Assembly (NCBI GenBank): GCA_030390025.1
Contig: CM059432.1
Location: 41,418,001 to 41,482,000 of the forward strand
Length of the DNA stretch: 64,000 bases
Direction of reading: 5' to 3'
DNA from: Squalus acanthias
Lineage: Eukaryota
Below the pieces are notes generated by a model, which worked only from the letters and a program-made list of their open reading frames with translations, did not search any database and was not told the origin of the DNA. Each line of letters starts with the position of its first letter. Within the stretch, counting starts at the first letter, position 1. The translations under genes and the position numbers were made by a program. This document shows, in pieces, positions 38,451 through 50,489 of this stretch.

Positions 38451-39159
38451 TAATTTTGCATAATTTTCCATTGACTTCAATGGAAATAAAAATCGGGAGA
38501 GATGTTAAATGGGCTGCTGATTCACTGTCACCCTTTTTATACTATCTCACAAAGTCAAAATTAAGTGAGTTGGCGGACAGATGAGAGATGCAGTTTAAAT
38601 TAAAGTGTGAGGTAATACACTTTGGATATAAGAAAGTCAAATGGAAATGCAATCAAATTGAGAAAGGCCTTTGGGGGGCCAGGTGGGGGAGGTATCATGA
38701 GATATGTGTGCCCCAGTACATAAGTCATTAATAGCTGGCTTGCATGTGATAAAAGCAATCACAAATAGTAATGGGATGCTGGGCGTCAACATGGGCTATA
38801 GAATATAAGATAAACAAAGTGCTACTGCAATTAGCCTGAGCTGGCCAGATGATATATTAGGGTAAATTTTATAAGCCTTGCGCTGCTACAGGGCCATGCC
38901 TGCAGCTATTCATATCAGAAAATTGCAGGCAGCACACTTATGATTTTCCAATATGTGTTAGCTGTATGCAAGGCTCCACGGATGCTGAAGGTCCTCACAA
39001 AATGCACCCTTTCAAGTTCGATTTTGGATGCTCCACCTTAAGAATTATACAGGCCTCAGCAAAATCCAGCAATCATTCATCAGAATGAACCTGGGATGAG
39101 GGCACTTGGAAAACTTGGTTAATATTCTCTGCTATTGAGGGGTAATCTGACTGAGGTAG

Positions 39160-39840
39160 GAACATAAGAATTAGGAGCAAGAGTAGGCCATATGGTCCTT
39201 TGAGCCTGCTCCGCCATTCAATAAGATCATGACTGATCTTTGACCTCAACTCCACTTTCTTGCTCGATCCCCATATCCCTTGATTCCCCTGGTGTCCAAA
39301 AATCTACTTATCACAGCCTTGAATATACTCAACGACTCAGCATCCACAGCCCTTTCAAGCCCAGAATTCTAAAGATTCACAACCCTCTGAGTGAAGAAAT
39401 TTCTCTTCATCTCAGTCTTAAATGGCCGACCCCTTATCCTGAGACTATGCCCCCTAGTTCTAGACTCTCCAGCCAGGGGAAACAACCTCTCAGCATCTAC
39501 CCTGTCAATCCCCTTCAGAATCATAATTTGTTTCAATTAGATCACCTCTCATTCTTCTAAACTCCAGAGAGTATAGGCCCAATCTACTCAATCTCTCCTC
39601 ATAGGTCAACCCTCTCGTCCCAGGGATCAATCGAGTAAACCTTCGTTGCACCGCCTCTAAGACATGTATGTCCTTTCTCACATAAGGAGACCAGAACTGC
39701 ACACAGTACTCCAGGTGTGGTCTCACCAAAGCCCTGTACAATTATAGTAAGAGTTCTTTACTCTTGTACTCCAATCCCCTTGCAATAAAGGCCAACATGC
39801 CATTTGCCTTCCTAATTGCTTGCTGTACTTGCATGCTAAC
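39160..39840 (-). mobile_element. CR1 LINE 3' end
   Basis: [18 protein letters not shown]...[12 protein letters not shown]; ttcttatgttc tail. Confidence 0.9.
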
Positions 39841-40081
39841 ATATTGGCCCTGAAATTGCGGTGTCTGCGATAGCGTACTCTGAGAGTATGCCATCATATT
39901 CTCTTTGAAAGGCCCTGCAAGTTCCAGATTTCTACATGTGCTTGCGCATGTGCGAAATCCAGAATTTGTGATCTGTCCAGGTACGCCTGGACAGATCATC
40001 CAAACCGCCTGAAAACTCAGTATTGCTGGCACAGGGTGGGCTATATATCCAACAACTGCCCAGCAATTGCTCACGCAACTC

Positions 40082-43000
40082 TTTTTTAAAATTCGTTTTT
40101 ATGGGATGTGGGCATCGCTGGCAAGGCCAGCATTTATTGCCCATCCCTAATTGCCCTTTGAGAAGGTGATGGTGAGCCGCCTTCTTGAACCACTGCAGTC
40201 CGTGTGGTGAAGGTACTCCCACAGTGCTGTTAGGGAGGGAGTTCCAGGATTTTGACCCAGCGACGATGAAGGATTGGCGATATACTTCTAAGTCAGGATG
40301 GTGTGTGACTTGGAGGGGAACTTGGAGGTGGTGGTGTTCCCATGTGCCTGCTGCCCTTGTCCTTCTAGGTGGAAGAGGTCGCAGGTTTGGGAGGTGCTGC
40401 CGAAGAAGCCTTGGCGAGTTGCTGCAGTGCATCTTGTAGATGGTACACACTGCAGCCACGGTACGCCAGTAGTGGAGGGAGTGAATGTTTAAAGTGGTAG
40501 ATGGGGTGCCAATCAAGCGGGCTGCTTTGTCTTGGATGGTGTCGAACTTCTTGTGTGTTGTTGGAGCTGCACTCATCCAGGCAAGTGGAGAGTATTCCAT
40601 CACACTCCTTACTTGTGCCTTGTAGATGGTAGAAAGGCTTTGGGAAGTCAGGAGGTGAGACACTCGCCGCAGAATACCTAGCCTCTGACCTGCTCTTGTT
40701 GCCACAGTATTTATGTGGCTGGTCCAGATAAGTTTCTGGTTAATGGTGACCCCCCCAGGATGTTGATAATGGGGGATTCGTTGATGGTAATGCCATTGAA
40801 TGTCAAGGGGCGGTGGTTAGACTCTCGCTTGTTGGAGATAGTCATTGCCTGGCACTTCTGTGGCGCGAATGTTACCTGCCACTTATCAGCCCAAGCCTGA
40901 ACGTCGCCCAGGTCTTGTTGCATGCGGGCATGGACTGCTTCATTATCTGAGGAGTTGTGAATGGCTCTGAACGCTGTGCAGTCATCAGCGAACATCCCCA
41001 TTTCTGACCTTATTTTGGAGGGAAGGTCATTGATGAAACAACTGAAGATGGTTGGGCCTAGGACACTGCCCTGAGGAACTCCTGCAGCGATGTCCTGGGG
41101 CTGTGATGATTGACCTTCAATCACCACAACCATCTTCCTTTGTGCTAGGTATGACTCCAGCCAGCGGAGAGTCCCCCCCTGATTTCCATTGACTTCAGTT
41201 TTACTAGGGCTCCTTGATGCCACACTCGGTCAAATGCTGCCTTGATGTCAAGGGCAGTCACTCTCACCTCTGGAATTCAGCTCCTTTGTCCATGTTTGGA
41301 CCAAGGATGTAATGAGGTCGGGAGCAGAATGGTCTTGGCAGAACCCAAACTGGGCATGAGTGAGCAGGTGCCGCTTGATAGCGCTGTCAATGACACCTTC
41401 CATCACTTTGCTGATGATTGAGAGTAGACTGATGGGGCGGTAATTGGCCTTGTCCTGCTTTTTGTGGACTGGACATACCTGGGCAGTTTTCCATGTTGTC
41501 GGATAGATGCCAGTGTTGTAGCTGTACTGGAACAACTTGGCTAGAGGCGCGGCTAGTTCTGGAGCACAAGTCTTCAGCACGATAGCTGGGATGTTGTCAG
41601 GGCCCATAGCCTTTGCTGTATCCAGTGCGCTCAGCCGTTTCTTGATATCACGTGGAGTGAATCAAATTGGCTGAAGACTGGCTTCTGTGATGGTGGGGAC
41701 CTCAGGAGGAGGCCGATATGAATCATCCACTTGGCACTTCTGGCTGCAAACACTACAGCCTTGTCTTTTGCACTCATGTGCTGGGCTCCCACCATCATTG
41801 AGGATGGGGATATTCATGGAACCTCTTCCTCCCAGTTAATTGTCCACCACCATTCACGACTGGATGTGGCAGGACTGCAGAGCTTTGATCTGATCCGTTG
41901 ATTTTGGGATGGCTTAGCTCTGTCTATAGCATGCTGCTTCCACTTTTTAGCATGCATGTAGTCCTGTGTTGCAGCTTCCCCAGGTTGGCACCTCATTTTT
42001 AGGTACACCTGGTGCTGCTCCTGGCATGCTCTTCTACACTCCTTATTGAACCAGGGTTGGTCCCCTGGCTTGATGGTAATGGTAGAGTGAGGGATATGCC
42101 AGGCCATGAGGTTACAGATAGTGGTGGAATACAATTCTGCTGCTGCTCCACAGCGCCTCATGGATGCCCAGTTTTGAGCTGCTAGATCTGTTCTGAATCT
42201 ATCCCATTTAGCACGGTGGAAGTGCCACACAACACGATGGAGGGTGTCTTCAGTGGAGACAGGTAGATTGGTGAGGACAAGGTCAAGTAGGTTTTTACCT
42301 CGTGTTGGTTCACTCACCACCTGTCGCAGGCCCAGACTGGCAGTTATGTCCTTCAGGACTCGGCCAGCAGTGGTGCTACTGAGCCACTCTTGGTGATGGA
42401 CATTGAAGTCCCCCACCCAGAGTACATTCTGTGCCCTTGCTACTCTCAGTGCTTCTTCTAAATGGTGTTCAACATGGCAGAGTACTGATTCATCAGCTGA
42501 GGGAGGGCAGTAGGTTTCCTTGTCCATAAGCCATGAGACTTCATGGGGTCCAGAGTCAATGTTGAGGACTCCCAGGGCCACTCCTTCCCGACTGTATACC
42601 ACTGTGCCGCCACCCCTGGTGGGTCTGTCCTGCCGGTGGGACAGGACATACCCTGGGATGGTGATGGAGGAGTTTGGGACATTGGCTGAAAGGTATGATT
42701 CTGTCAGGCTGTTGCTTGACTAGTCTGTGGGACAGCTCTCCCAATTTTGGCACAATCCCCAGATGTTGGTGAGGAAGACTTTGCAGAGTCGACTGGGCTG
42801 GGTGTGCCATTGCCGTGTCCATAGCTGGTGCCGAGGTCGATCCATCCGGTTTATTTCTTATTATTTTGTTTTGTAGTAACTGAGTGGCTTGCTAGGCCAT
42901 TTCAGAGGGCAGTTAAGAGTCAACCACTTTGCTGTGGGTCTGGAGTCACATATAGGCCAGACCAGGTAAGGACAGCAGATTTCCTTCTCTAAAGGACATT

Positions 43001-43203
43001 AGTGAAACAGATGGGTTTTTACCACAATCCGATAGTTTCATGGTTACCATTACTGATAGTAGTTTTTTTATTCCAGATTTATTTAATTAACTGAATTTAA
43101 ATTCCCCAGCTGCCATGGTGGGATTTGAACTCACGTCTCCAGATCATTAATCCAGCTCTACTGGATTACTAGCCCAGTGACATTACCACTACGCTACCAT
43201 TCC
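40082..43203 (-). mobile_element. CR1-group LINE (APE endonuclease + RT, decayed) with tRNA-derived SINE-like 5' head
   Basis: [30 protein letters not shown]; box A (43186-43196) and box B (43121-43132) at the 5' end; A-rich 3' end; CTC on both flanks. Confidence 0.88.
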
Positions 43204-43311
43204 CTCGTACAGCTGGTGAAAGCAGGTAAAGGGCCTGCTTGCATCAGAATAAGGGTATATATAATGCTTAAATAAAACATTTAAAAATCCAAAATTATGC
43301 ACATACACTTT

Positions 43312-44115
43312 GGCTGGAATTTTCTCAAGGTTTAGGGCGGGGGCCTCCGAGATGGGCCTGATTTGAATGTGAGGCCTCGGATTCCCGATTGAGAGGCTGG
43401 CCAGCTGCGAGTGGGTAGGCCTCAGAAGCGAGGGTCTGGTCCAGGGGAGGGATCATGGGAGGGGGGTCGGCAATCAGCCGGGGTCGGGGGTCGGGGGACA
43501 AGATCGGCCGGGGTCGGGGATCGGGGCTGGGTGGGGGGGTCGGCCAGGGATCACGAGGGGTGGGGGGTCGGCCGGGGATCACTGGGGGTGAGAGAGGATC
43601 GGGACCTACCATCGGAGGATTGTGGCCGGCCTCATCATCATCGTGGGGGCAGGAGGCCGGGGGGAGGGGGGGTGGAGGCCCGGTTGTTGACGGGGTGGGG
43701 TAGGGGGGGAGGCCTGGGAGGTGATCGGAGGCCTGTGAGAAGGTCTCTGATTGCAGGGGGGGGGGGTGGGTTAGGTTGGGACCCTGGATCCAGGAGGTAG
43801 GTATAAAGCCACTTACCTCCGGGATGCAGCAGTGTCCACCTCTGTTTAACTGCCGGGTTTCACGAATTGTGTGAAACCCGTCCACAGGCAGTTAAACACA
43901 AAATGGAGGGGTAACGAGAAGCTTCCAGCCTCATTACAATATTTAAATTGAGGTAACGCCCCCAGGGATTGGGCTGGTTGCCCGCCCCCATCCCGCCTCC
44001 AAAAAACTGGAAGTGGGTGGGTTAGAGACGGGATCAGGTCAGGAATCCCATTTTTAACACTTTAACTGCCCCCATGCGCCAAACCCACCCCTTCTTTTAG
44101 GGGAAAATTCTGGCC
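43312..44115. mobile_element. Harbinger-type MITE with G-rich centre
   Basis: TIR ggctggaatttt / aaaattctggcc, TSD TTT. Confidence 0.8.
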
Positions 44116-46056
44116 TTTAAATGAGTTATGCAAGTATTGGCCCAGATTAAATGTTTAAAATTATTTATCAAAAAATGTAATTTTTATTGAGGTTGGTGCA
44201 ATGAAGGAATTTATGAATAAAATTGCAATCCAGTACAATGTATCATTATTAGAATTCTGTACATTCTATAATTATTTGGGGATTCCATTGCATATCATTA
44301 CGGAATTTCCTTCGTAAATGATTGCAATGGAATCCTCCTTTGTCACTGGAGGACCGGGCCCATGTGATCCCAGGGATTCTTCCGAACTGCCTGCGTCCCT
44401 GGGATCCGTGGGCCTTTAAGCTGCTGTCTGCCTGGAGGCTTGAGACCGCTTCACAGCCTGGCCAGCCAGCAGGTAATTTCTGAATTGTTTCACGGGTCGG
44501 AGGCGTACTCCGGAGGTACTCCTCCGACCGCAATTTCTAGGCCTCTGTACTTCCTGTACGAGGGCACCTAAATCTCTCTGAACACCAACAGTTAATCGTT
44601 AATAAAGCAGGAGTGACATCAGCACACCTTGCCTCATTTTCCTGGGTCTCTGCTTGGTGAAGGACCAAATAGATTGACACCCATGAAAAGTGATGCTTTG
44701 TGATTGCACCCAGTCCCCTCAGCTGGGACAGGCAGTAAACACATGAAGGCACCAAAAGGATAATTACCGTTTCTGCCAGGTGCAGCAACATTGGATCTTT
44801 GAATCTGGAGGCCTTCTGGCTGTTGTTTTCGGACGGCAACCAGAAGTCCCCATAAGTTGTTAGGCCATTACTGCTGCTGCAGGCCTCCTTTGTTTCTGGG
44901 AAAAAAGCCCCTTCCTAGTGGCATTCCTATACCAGGGGAACATCAGGCCCCACTTGTAGCTGGAAATATAGGTTGGTCCACGCAGGGAAGGAAAATCCGC
45001 CCCAGTGTCTGAGCAATGTTAAGAGCTAAGGCATGTTGTTGAGGTGGAATAGAGGGAGCTTTACACTGAATCTGGCTGTGTTAAGCCTGAGCTAGAAGCA
45101 TTTGATGCTGACACTGGAAATGAAAAGATACAAACAGTTCCCAGCACTAACATTCCTCATTTCAATGAAACAACAACAACATCTGGCATTGGCAAACTTG
45201 CATAATCAAATAAATTCTAATCATTGAGGTAATAATAGCTTAAATACAATTACATTTTTTGACCAACTTTTATTCAGGTCATTTCATCGATACAACATGT
45301 ATTATTCTGGAGCTTATCCTCTCAAATCAAGCAAGTGGTGCATATGCTGTCCTAACATACTAATCTCTTCGCTCCATTTAATAATCTCCTGTAATCTGTT
45401 TTTCAAAAGTGATATCATTTCTGACTGATTGAAATGTTAGATCATGTTAAAATGCTGCGGCCTAGCTCCTTTTTTTTACCTTTGATATGTTGTTGAGTTC
45501 TGTATCTTTATCGCGTAAATACAAGCTCTTATCTCATACTCCATACTCATAGCCTGGAGCTACTGCTGAGTTCATATGGAAAATATTTTGATTCCCAACA
45601 TGCCTGGGGGACAATGAGTTTTCTTAATGCAATAGGAAAGAAAGGGCTGGTTTCAATAAACACACAAAATGATGAGGTTAGGAGAAGCATTACTGAAGTA
45701 TGGGTTTTTGAACATCTCCACTTTTTATTTAGCAGCTGTAAGTGATTCCGTGAACTACATTTGGTAGAATCACTGGGTAATTTGAAGATTTATGGTTTTT
45801 TTAAATTTGTAAAGTCAATAAAAAGTAACAGAATCCGTTTTCTTGGTGCTTCCATAAAATCAAGTCTTTCAAATCTGTAAAAGCAAATGCTCTCTATACA
45901 GTTAATTCCAGTTGTTTTTCTTTAAACTACTTTTTATATTTCAAAGCAATTTGTTAAGGCTGTTACAATAAGATACAATTTTAAACAATAACACTAGAAT
46001 CAATGATTAATTGAATTGCTATAACTGTAACATTAACAGTAGAACTGAGGCTATAA

Positions 46057-46205
46057 GAAAGAACTTGCAGTTATTTAGCACCTTTCACAACATCAAGACG
46101 TCCCAAAGTGCTTCCCAGTCAATGAAGTGCAGTTACTATTGTAATTTAGGGAAATGCAGCAGACTCAGAAGTGAGAGCGCCACCAGTGAATCATGGCTGG
46201 CACCT
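46057..46205 (-). mobile_element. Internally deleted Deu-SINE fragment
   Basis: Tail (aagaaagaacttgc...tcccaaagtgc) joined directly to head (gactcaga.gtgagag) of the 31890 family. Confidence 0.6.
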
Positions 46206-46293
46206 TTGAAAGAAAAAGATCCAGCCTGTCCATCATAATTGTGACACCTTATGTATCACAATAAATACACTCTCCACTCCACCCAAAAGCTAT

Positions 46294-47292
46294 TGCCGCG
46301 ATTTACCCTACCTTGAAATCTTTATTTTCAACACTTTGCATTCTTGGACAGATTTGTGTGCACCTTTGGAAGTGGCTTAGTGAGTTGCAGTGAATGGTGA
46401 GACATAACGGAACCCCCTCCACCCCCCCCCGCAATGTTGATGAGTGTGAAAGGAATGGCTTGGGCATTGTAGAGATGCTTTATGTTGTTGGTGTGGGGTG
46501 GTGCCAACCTGGTGCATTATGTGGCAGCCAGGGTGTACAACTTCAAGTGAAGTAAATGTGGCCATGGTGAGGCCATCCCTGGCCTCCCGGGCAGCAATTT
46601 GATTGGGTGCTGATGCCTTGTGTCCTGTGCAGCATCAGTTGATTGCAGAGAAAGTTGGTGTTGTTGTTGGTGCTGCTGGTGTGCCTGGTGATGCTGGTGC
46701 TGGGGCTGATCGTGGTGGGATTCTGAGGACCAAGGTGAGAGAGTATAAACGGCACCCATGTTGATGGAATAGATGGCAGGTGAAGTAGAGATGACAGAAG
46801 CGATCCGTCAATGGTGGGAGCGGTAATGAGGTCAGACTGGATGGAGACTTGTGTAAAGACTTGCAGCATCCTGATTCTGTAATGGAAATGCAGTTTGGAG
46901 AAGCTAATGGTTAAGGGAACATTTCTCAATCAGCTGAGAGCTTTGACTTGACATTTGAAGCTGTCAACTCATCAGCTGATTCAACGGCCACTGACCTCCT
47001 GCCTCAGCTTCACAGACAAGGTCTAGGCACAGCAGGAAACCGGTGGGCGACCTGTCAAATCCAAAAAACTGGGAAAAAACCATTGATAAGTGGTTGTAAA
47101 CAAGCCACTAATGATTTTAATTGCCTCCCTCGCTGCTGCCTGCTGGGTCTGCTCAGCGCTGGCAAACCCGACATCGGGAAAGTCCAGTGTGCGTGTTTTG
47201 ACAGTTGGTTCCCGACCCGCTGTCAATCATTTAAAAGTTAACAGCTGACCCGCCACCCATCCCGTCCGCTGAGCGCCAGCAAAATTCTGGCC
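46294..47292 (+). mobile_element. Harbinger derivative of the 25801-27591 family with nearly the whole left half deleted
   Basis: tgccgcgattt left end, aaaattctggcc right end, TSD TAT; colinear with ~26577-27591. Confidence 0.8.
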
Positions 47293-47299
47293 TATGTGA

Positions 47300-48790
47300 T
47301 CTCCTGGGAGAGGCAAAAAAAAGAGAAAAACTCAGGCCCCCCATTTGGGGAAAAAAATTGGGAAATTCCACTCCGACCCATCTAGGCGATTGAAACTAGT
47401 CCAGATCAGTCTGGCCCTGATAATTCTATGCAGTACCTACCTTCTGTAAGAGGTAATCTCTGCCCCAGCCAGAAACAGGTTCCGCTCTCACTTAAAGGAA
47501 TTCAGTGAATCAGCATCCTCCGCACGAGACAGCAGTCTGTTCTAGAGGTCCACTAATCTCTGGGAAAAGAACCACCTCCTGACATCCAACCTAGATCTGG
47601 CCTTATATAACTTAAAAGTGTGACCCCTGGTCCTCCCTAACCTATTTAATTGGAACAAACTGTCAACTGGAACACAATCCCTTCATCATCTTATAAACCT
47701 CAATCAGATCAACTCTAAGTCTACGCTTCTCTAAAGTGTAGAGTCTGACATGAATTGTCATTCATGAAAGAAAGACTTATGAAATAATACTGAGTGGCCT
47801 GCGGGTGGCGCTGTCCAGGGAGAGTATAAATACTCGGGCATGGGCCCAGCTTGCGCAGGACATTCTTAACAGGAACTAGTAAAGGACACAACTAGACCTC
47901 CATGTTGTAAAACAGTTGATTAAAGCCTTGTTTAACGCTTAGACCAAGTGCCTAGTAGTTTTCTTACGTCAGAGTCCTAATTCTTTTAGCCTATCTTGAT
48001 AACTAAGATGCTTTAAACTGGGAATTAGTCCAGTGACCCTCCTCTGCATCCTTTCCAAAGCCTCAAAATCACCCACCATGTGAGGAGAACAAAACTGGAC
48101 ACAGTATTCTAAGTGAGGCCTGACCAAGGTCTTCTACAATGACAAAATAGTATGCCTTATCTTATAATCAATTGTCCTATGAGTGCACCCCAACACCCTA
48201 TTCACTCTAGCTATTGCTTCAAGGCATTGCTCATGAATCTTTAGAGATGTATGCACTAGAATGGGGAGATCTCTCTCTTTCTTCACCTTCTTTAATGCTT
48301 TTCCCTGAAAGGATATGTATTGAACATTCGCCCTGTCCACATACATAACACTACATTGTCCCAATTTAAACATCAGTTGCCAGTCATGAGCCCAATCCCC
48401 AACACATTAAGATCCACTAATGCATTAGGGAATTGTCTAACAACCACACAGATCTTAGTGTCATCTGCATATTTGAAGGTCATGTCCTAAAACTTACATC
48501 TAGATCATTAATAAAAATAGTAAAGAGCAACGGTCCCAACACCGATCCCTGCGGGACACCACTGGTGACCGGCCTCCAAACAGATCCAAATCCATCTATA
48601 ACTACTTTTTGCCAACATCCTTCCAGATAGTTCTCAATCCAGCTCAATATATTACCACTAATACCAAAGGCTTCGCTCTTGTAGAAAAATCTCTTGTGTT
48701 GTACCTTATCAAAAGCTTTTTGGAAGTCTAAGTAGATAATTTCTACTGTGCTTTCCTCATCTACCATCTTGGTGACTTCTTCAAAATGGT
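47300..48790 (-). mobile_element. CR1 LINE RT region and 3' end
   Basis: [29 protein letters not shown]-like, LVRPHLEY. Confidence 0.9.
47746..47971 (+). mobile_element. Small solo-LTR-like element, 226 bp
   Basis: tgac...gtca ends, 5-bp TSD GAGTC, TATAAATA and ATTAAA; second copy at 56241-56469. Confidence 0.85.
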
Positions 48791-49277
48791 ATCATTTAAG
48801 CAAAACAGCTCCATAGGTACAATTTTTAAAATGAGCGCAATAGGGACTTTAAAAAAAGTACCAGAATGGGGTTAATTTTTTTTTTAACTAGAGAAGTTTA
48901 CTGTAGTAAGTTTGGAGAGTAGATTGTGTTAGGGGGCTGATCCAATGAAGGTCATAAAGAACTGGTTGGGATTATCCTTGTGTAGCAGAGTGAAAGTCTC
49001 CTATTCTTTATCTGAACTGTGGTTGGCATCCATACTTTCCACTCTATTGACAGCTGTTTTTTTTCCACATTATGTTTTTTTATTTCAAACAGAAGAAATA
49101 AGGATGATTGAAAACAAGTCCATCCTAGTATTTTTATATCTGGTTAACATCAACACAGCTTTTAGCAGTTTATTTTCCATAATACAACTTGTCTTTTTCC
49201 ATTACACTGTGAATCCATTATTTTTCATACCCTTATCATATATTTCATGTTCCTGATACTTTATTGAGAAACATATT

Positions 49278-50028
49278 GGCCCAGAAATTAAACACGGAGC
49301 GTTCCTGCGGGGGTAAGGCTTCCCCGCGATATCTCACTGCGCGCCTACCTTTTCCCTCCGGGCTCACACCAACTTTAGTTTCAAGGCCAGTCCCACATGC
49401 AGCTGTGCAGTGCTTGCGTGACCCACAGACACAGTTAGTTCGTGCGAGCTCTGGGATCACGTGATTCAGTTAGAGCCAATGGCAGCACACCATCTTTCAT
49501 TCATAGTTTTGACAGGACAACTGTCAAAGCTATGAATACAACTTACCCCCAAAAGAACAGCTAAACCTCAATTAAATTAAAAAAAAACCATCACATTAAT
49601 AAAATAACTATAGTTAAATAAATTAACCACTTTAAACAAAAATTTAAATTTTTGAAAAAATTTAAAATCTTTTTAAAAGTTATAAAAATAAACTTACCTT
49701 TCTTTAAAGTCTCTAAAAAAGATAAACCTGTTGAAAAAAATTAAAATAATACTTAATTAACTACTTACCTTGTTTAAAGAGGGTCTTACGCCTCCTTTCT
49801 TTATGTGTAAAATCTTCCATGCTTACCTGTGCGTTCAAAGCACTAAGTGCACTGCGTGCGCGCAGCCTGTAGCGCGCATGCGGTTCACTTAGGAACCGCC
49901 CCCTTTTGAGTTCACGAAGTGCCGGTTTCCCGCGCATGCGCAGTGCATGCTGGAAACCGGCAATTGGAGACCTAAAACGCGAGAGTACACAGTGCGTACT
50001 CTCGCGCATTAGGTCTAATTTTCGGGCC
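49278..50028 (+). mobile_element. Harbinger-type MITE family A, copy 2
   Basis: TIR ggcccagaaatt / aattttcgggcc, TSD ATT. Confidence 0.92.
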
Positions 50029-50489
50029 ATTTTATCAGGAAGAAAAGCTTCATGTGAAACTAGCCGCGTTATGCAAAGTCAATTTGATGGTGCAAGCATT
50101 GACCAGTTTTGGCTTTCCACTATGTGCAGTTCCTTTCATCCAAAACGAAACTTGGAAGCTTTTATTACAATTTGGTTAGACTCCAGTCTGGCCCTTTGTT
50201 CTTTTCTTTTCATCTAGCAAGACATCATAATTTGTAGCCTACGGGTGACTTTCAGTCATACAGCCATCAAGAGAAAGTCAACCAGCCAACCCATTACCTT
50301 GCAAATCTGTTGCTTGCTTTAAGGTTTGACTGCGAATAGCGGGCACAATTTTCACTTTGCTTGTTACTGAAAACTTTAACTCAGCAACTCCTTTACAATG
50401 CTAAAATAATACTCAAGACAACGGGAGGACCACAGGGTAGATTTTCCTCTTTGGGCATCTGACAGGAACAGCATACCTGCAGTGTACTG

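Larger units (their letters stand above)
39846..44543. mobile_element. Harbinger-type MITE related to 11845-12574, expanded by two nested insertions
   Basis: Ends ggccctgaaattgcgg / ccgcaatttctaggcc; internal colinearity with 11845-12574; TSD not preserved. Confidence 0.7.

Noticed and set aside
43112..43198. Functional tRNA gene
   Set aside because: A and B boxes are present but I could not fold a convincing cloverleaf, and it is the 5' end of a retroelement
43325..43885. Pro-rich and Gly-rich ORFs (also 29371-29967)
   Set aside because: Translation of the G-rich centres of MITEs
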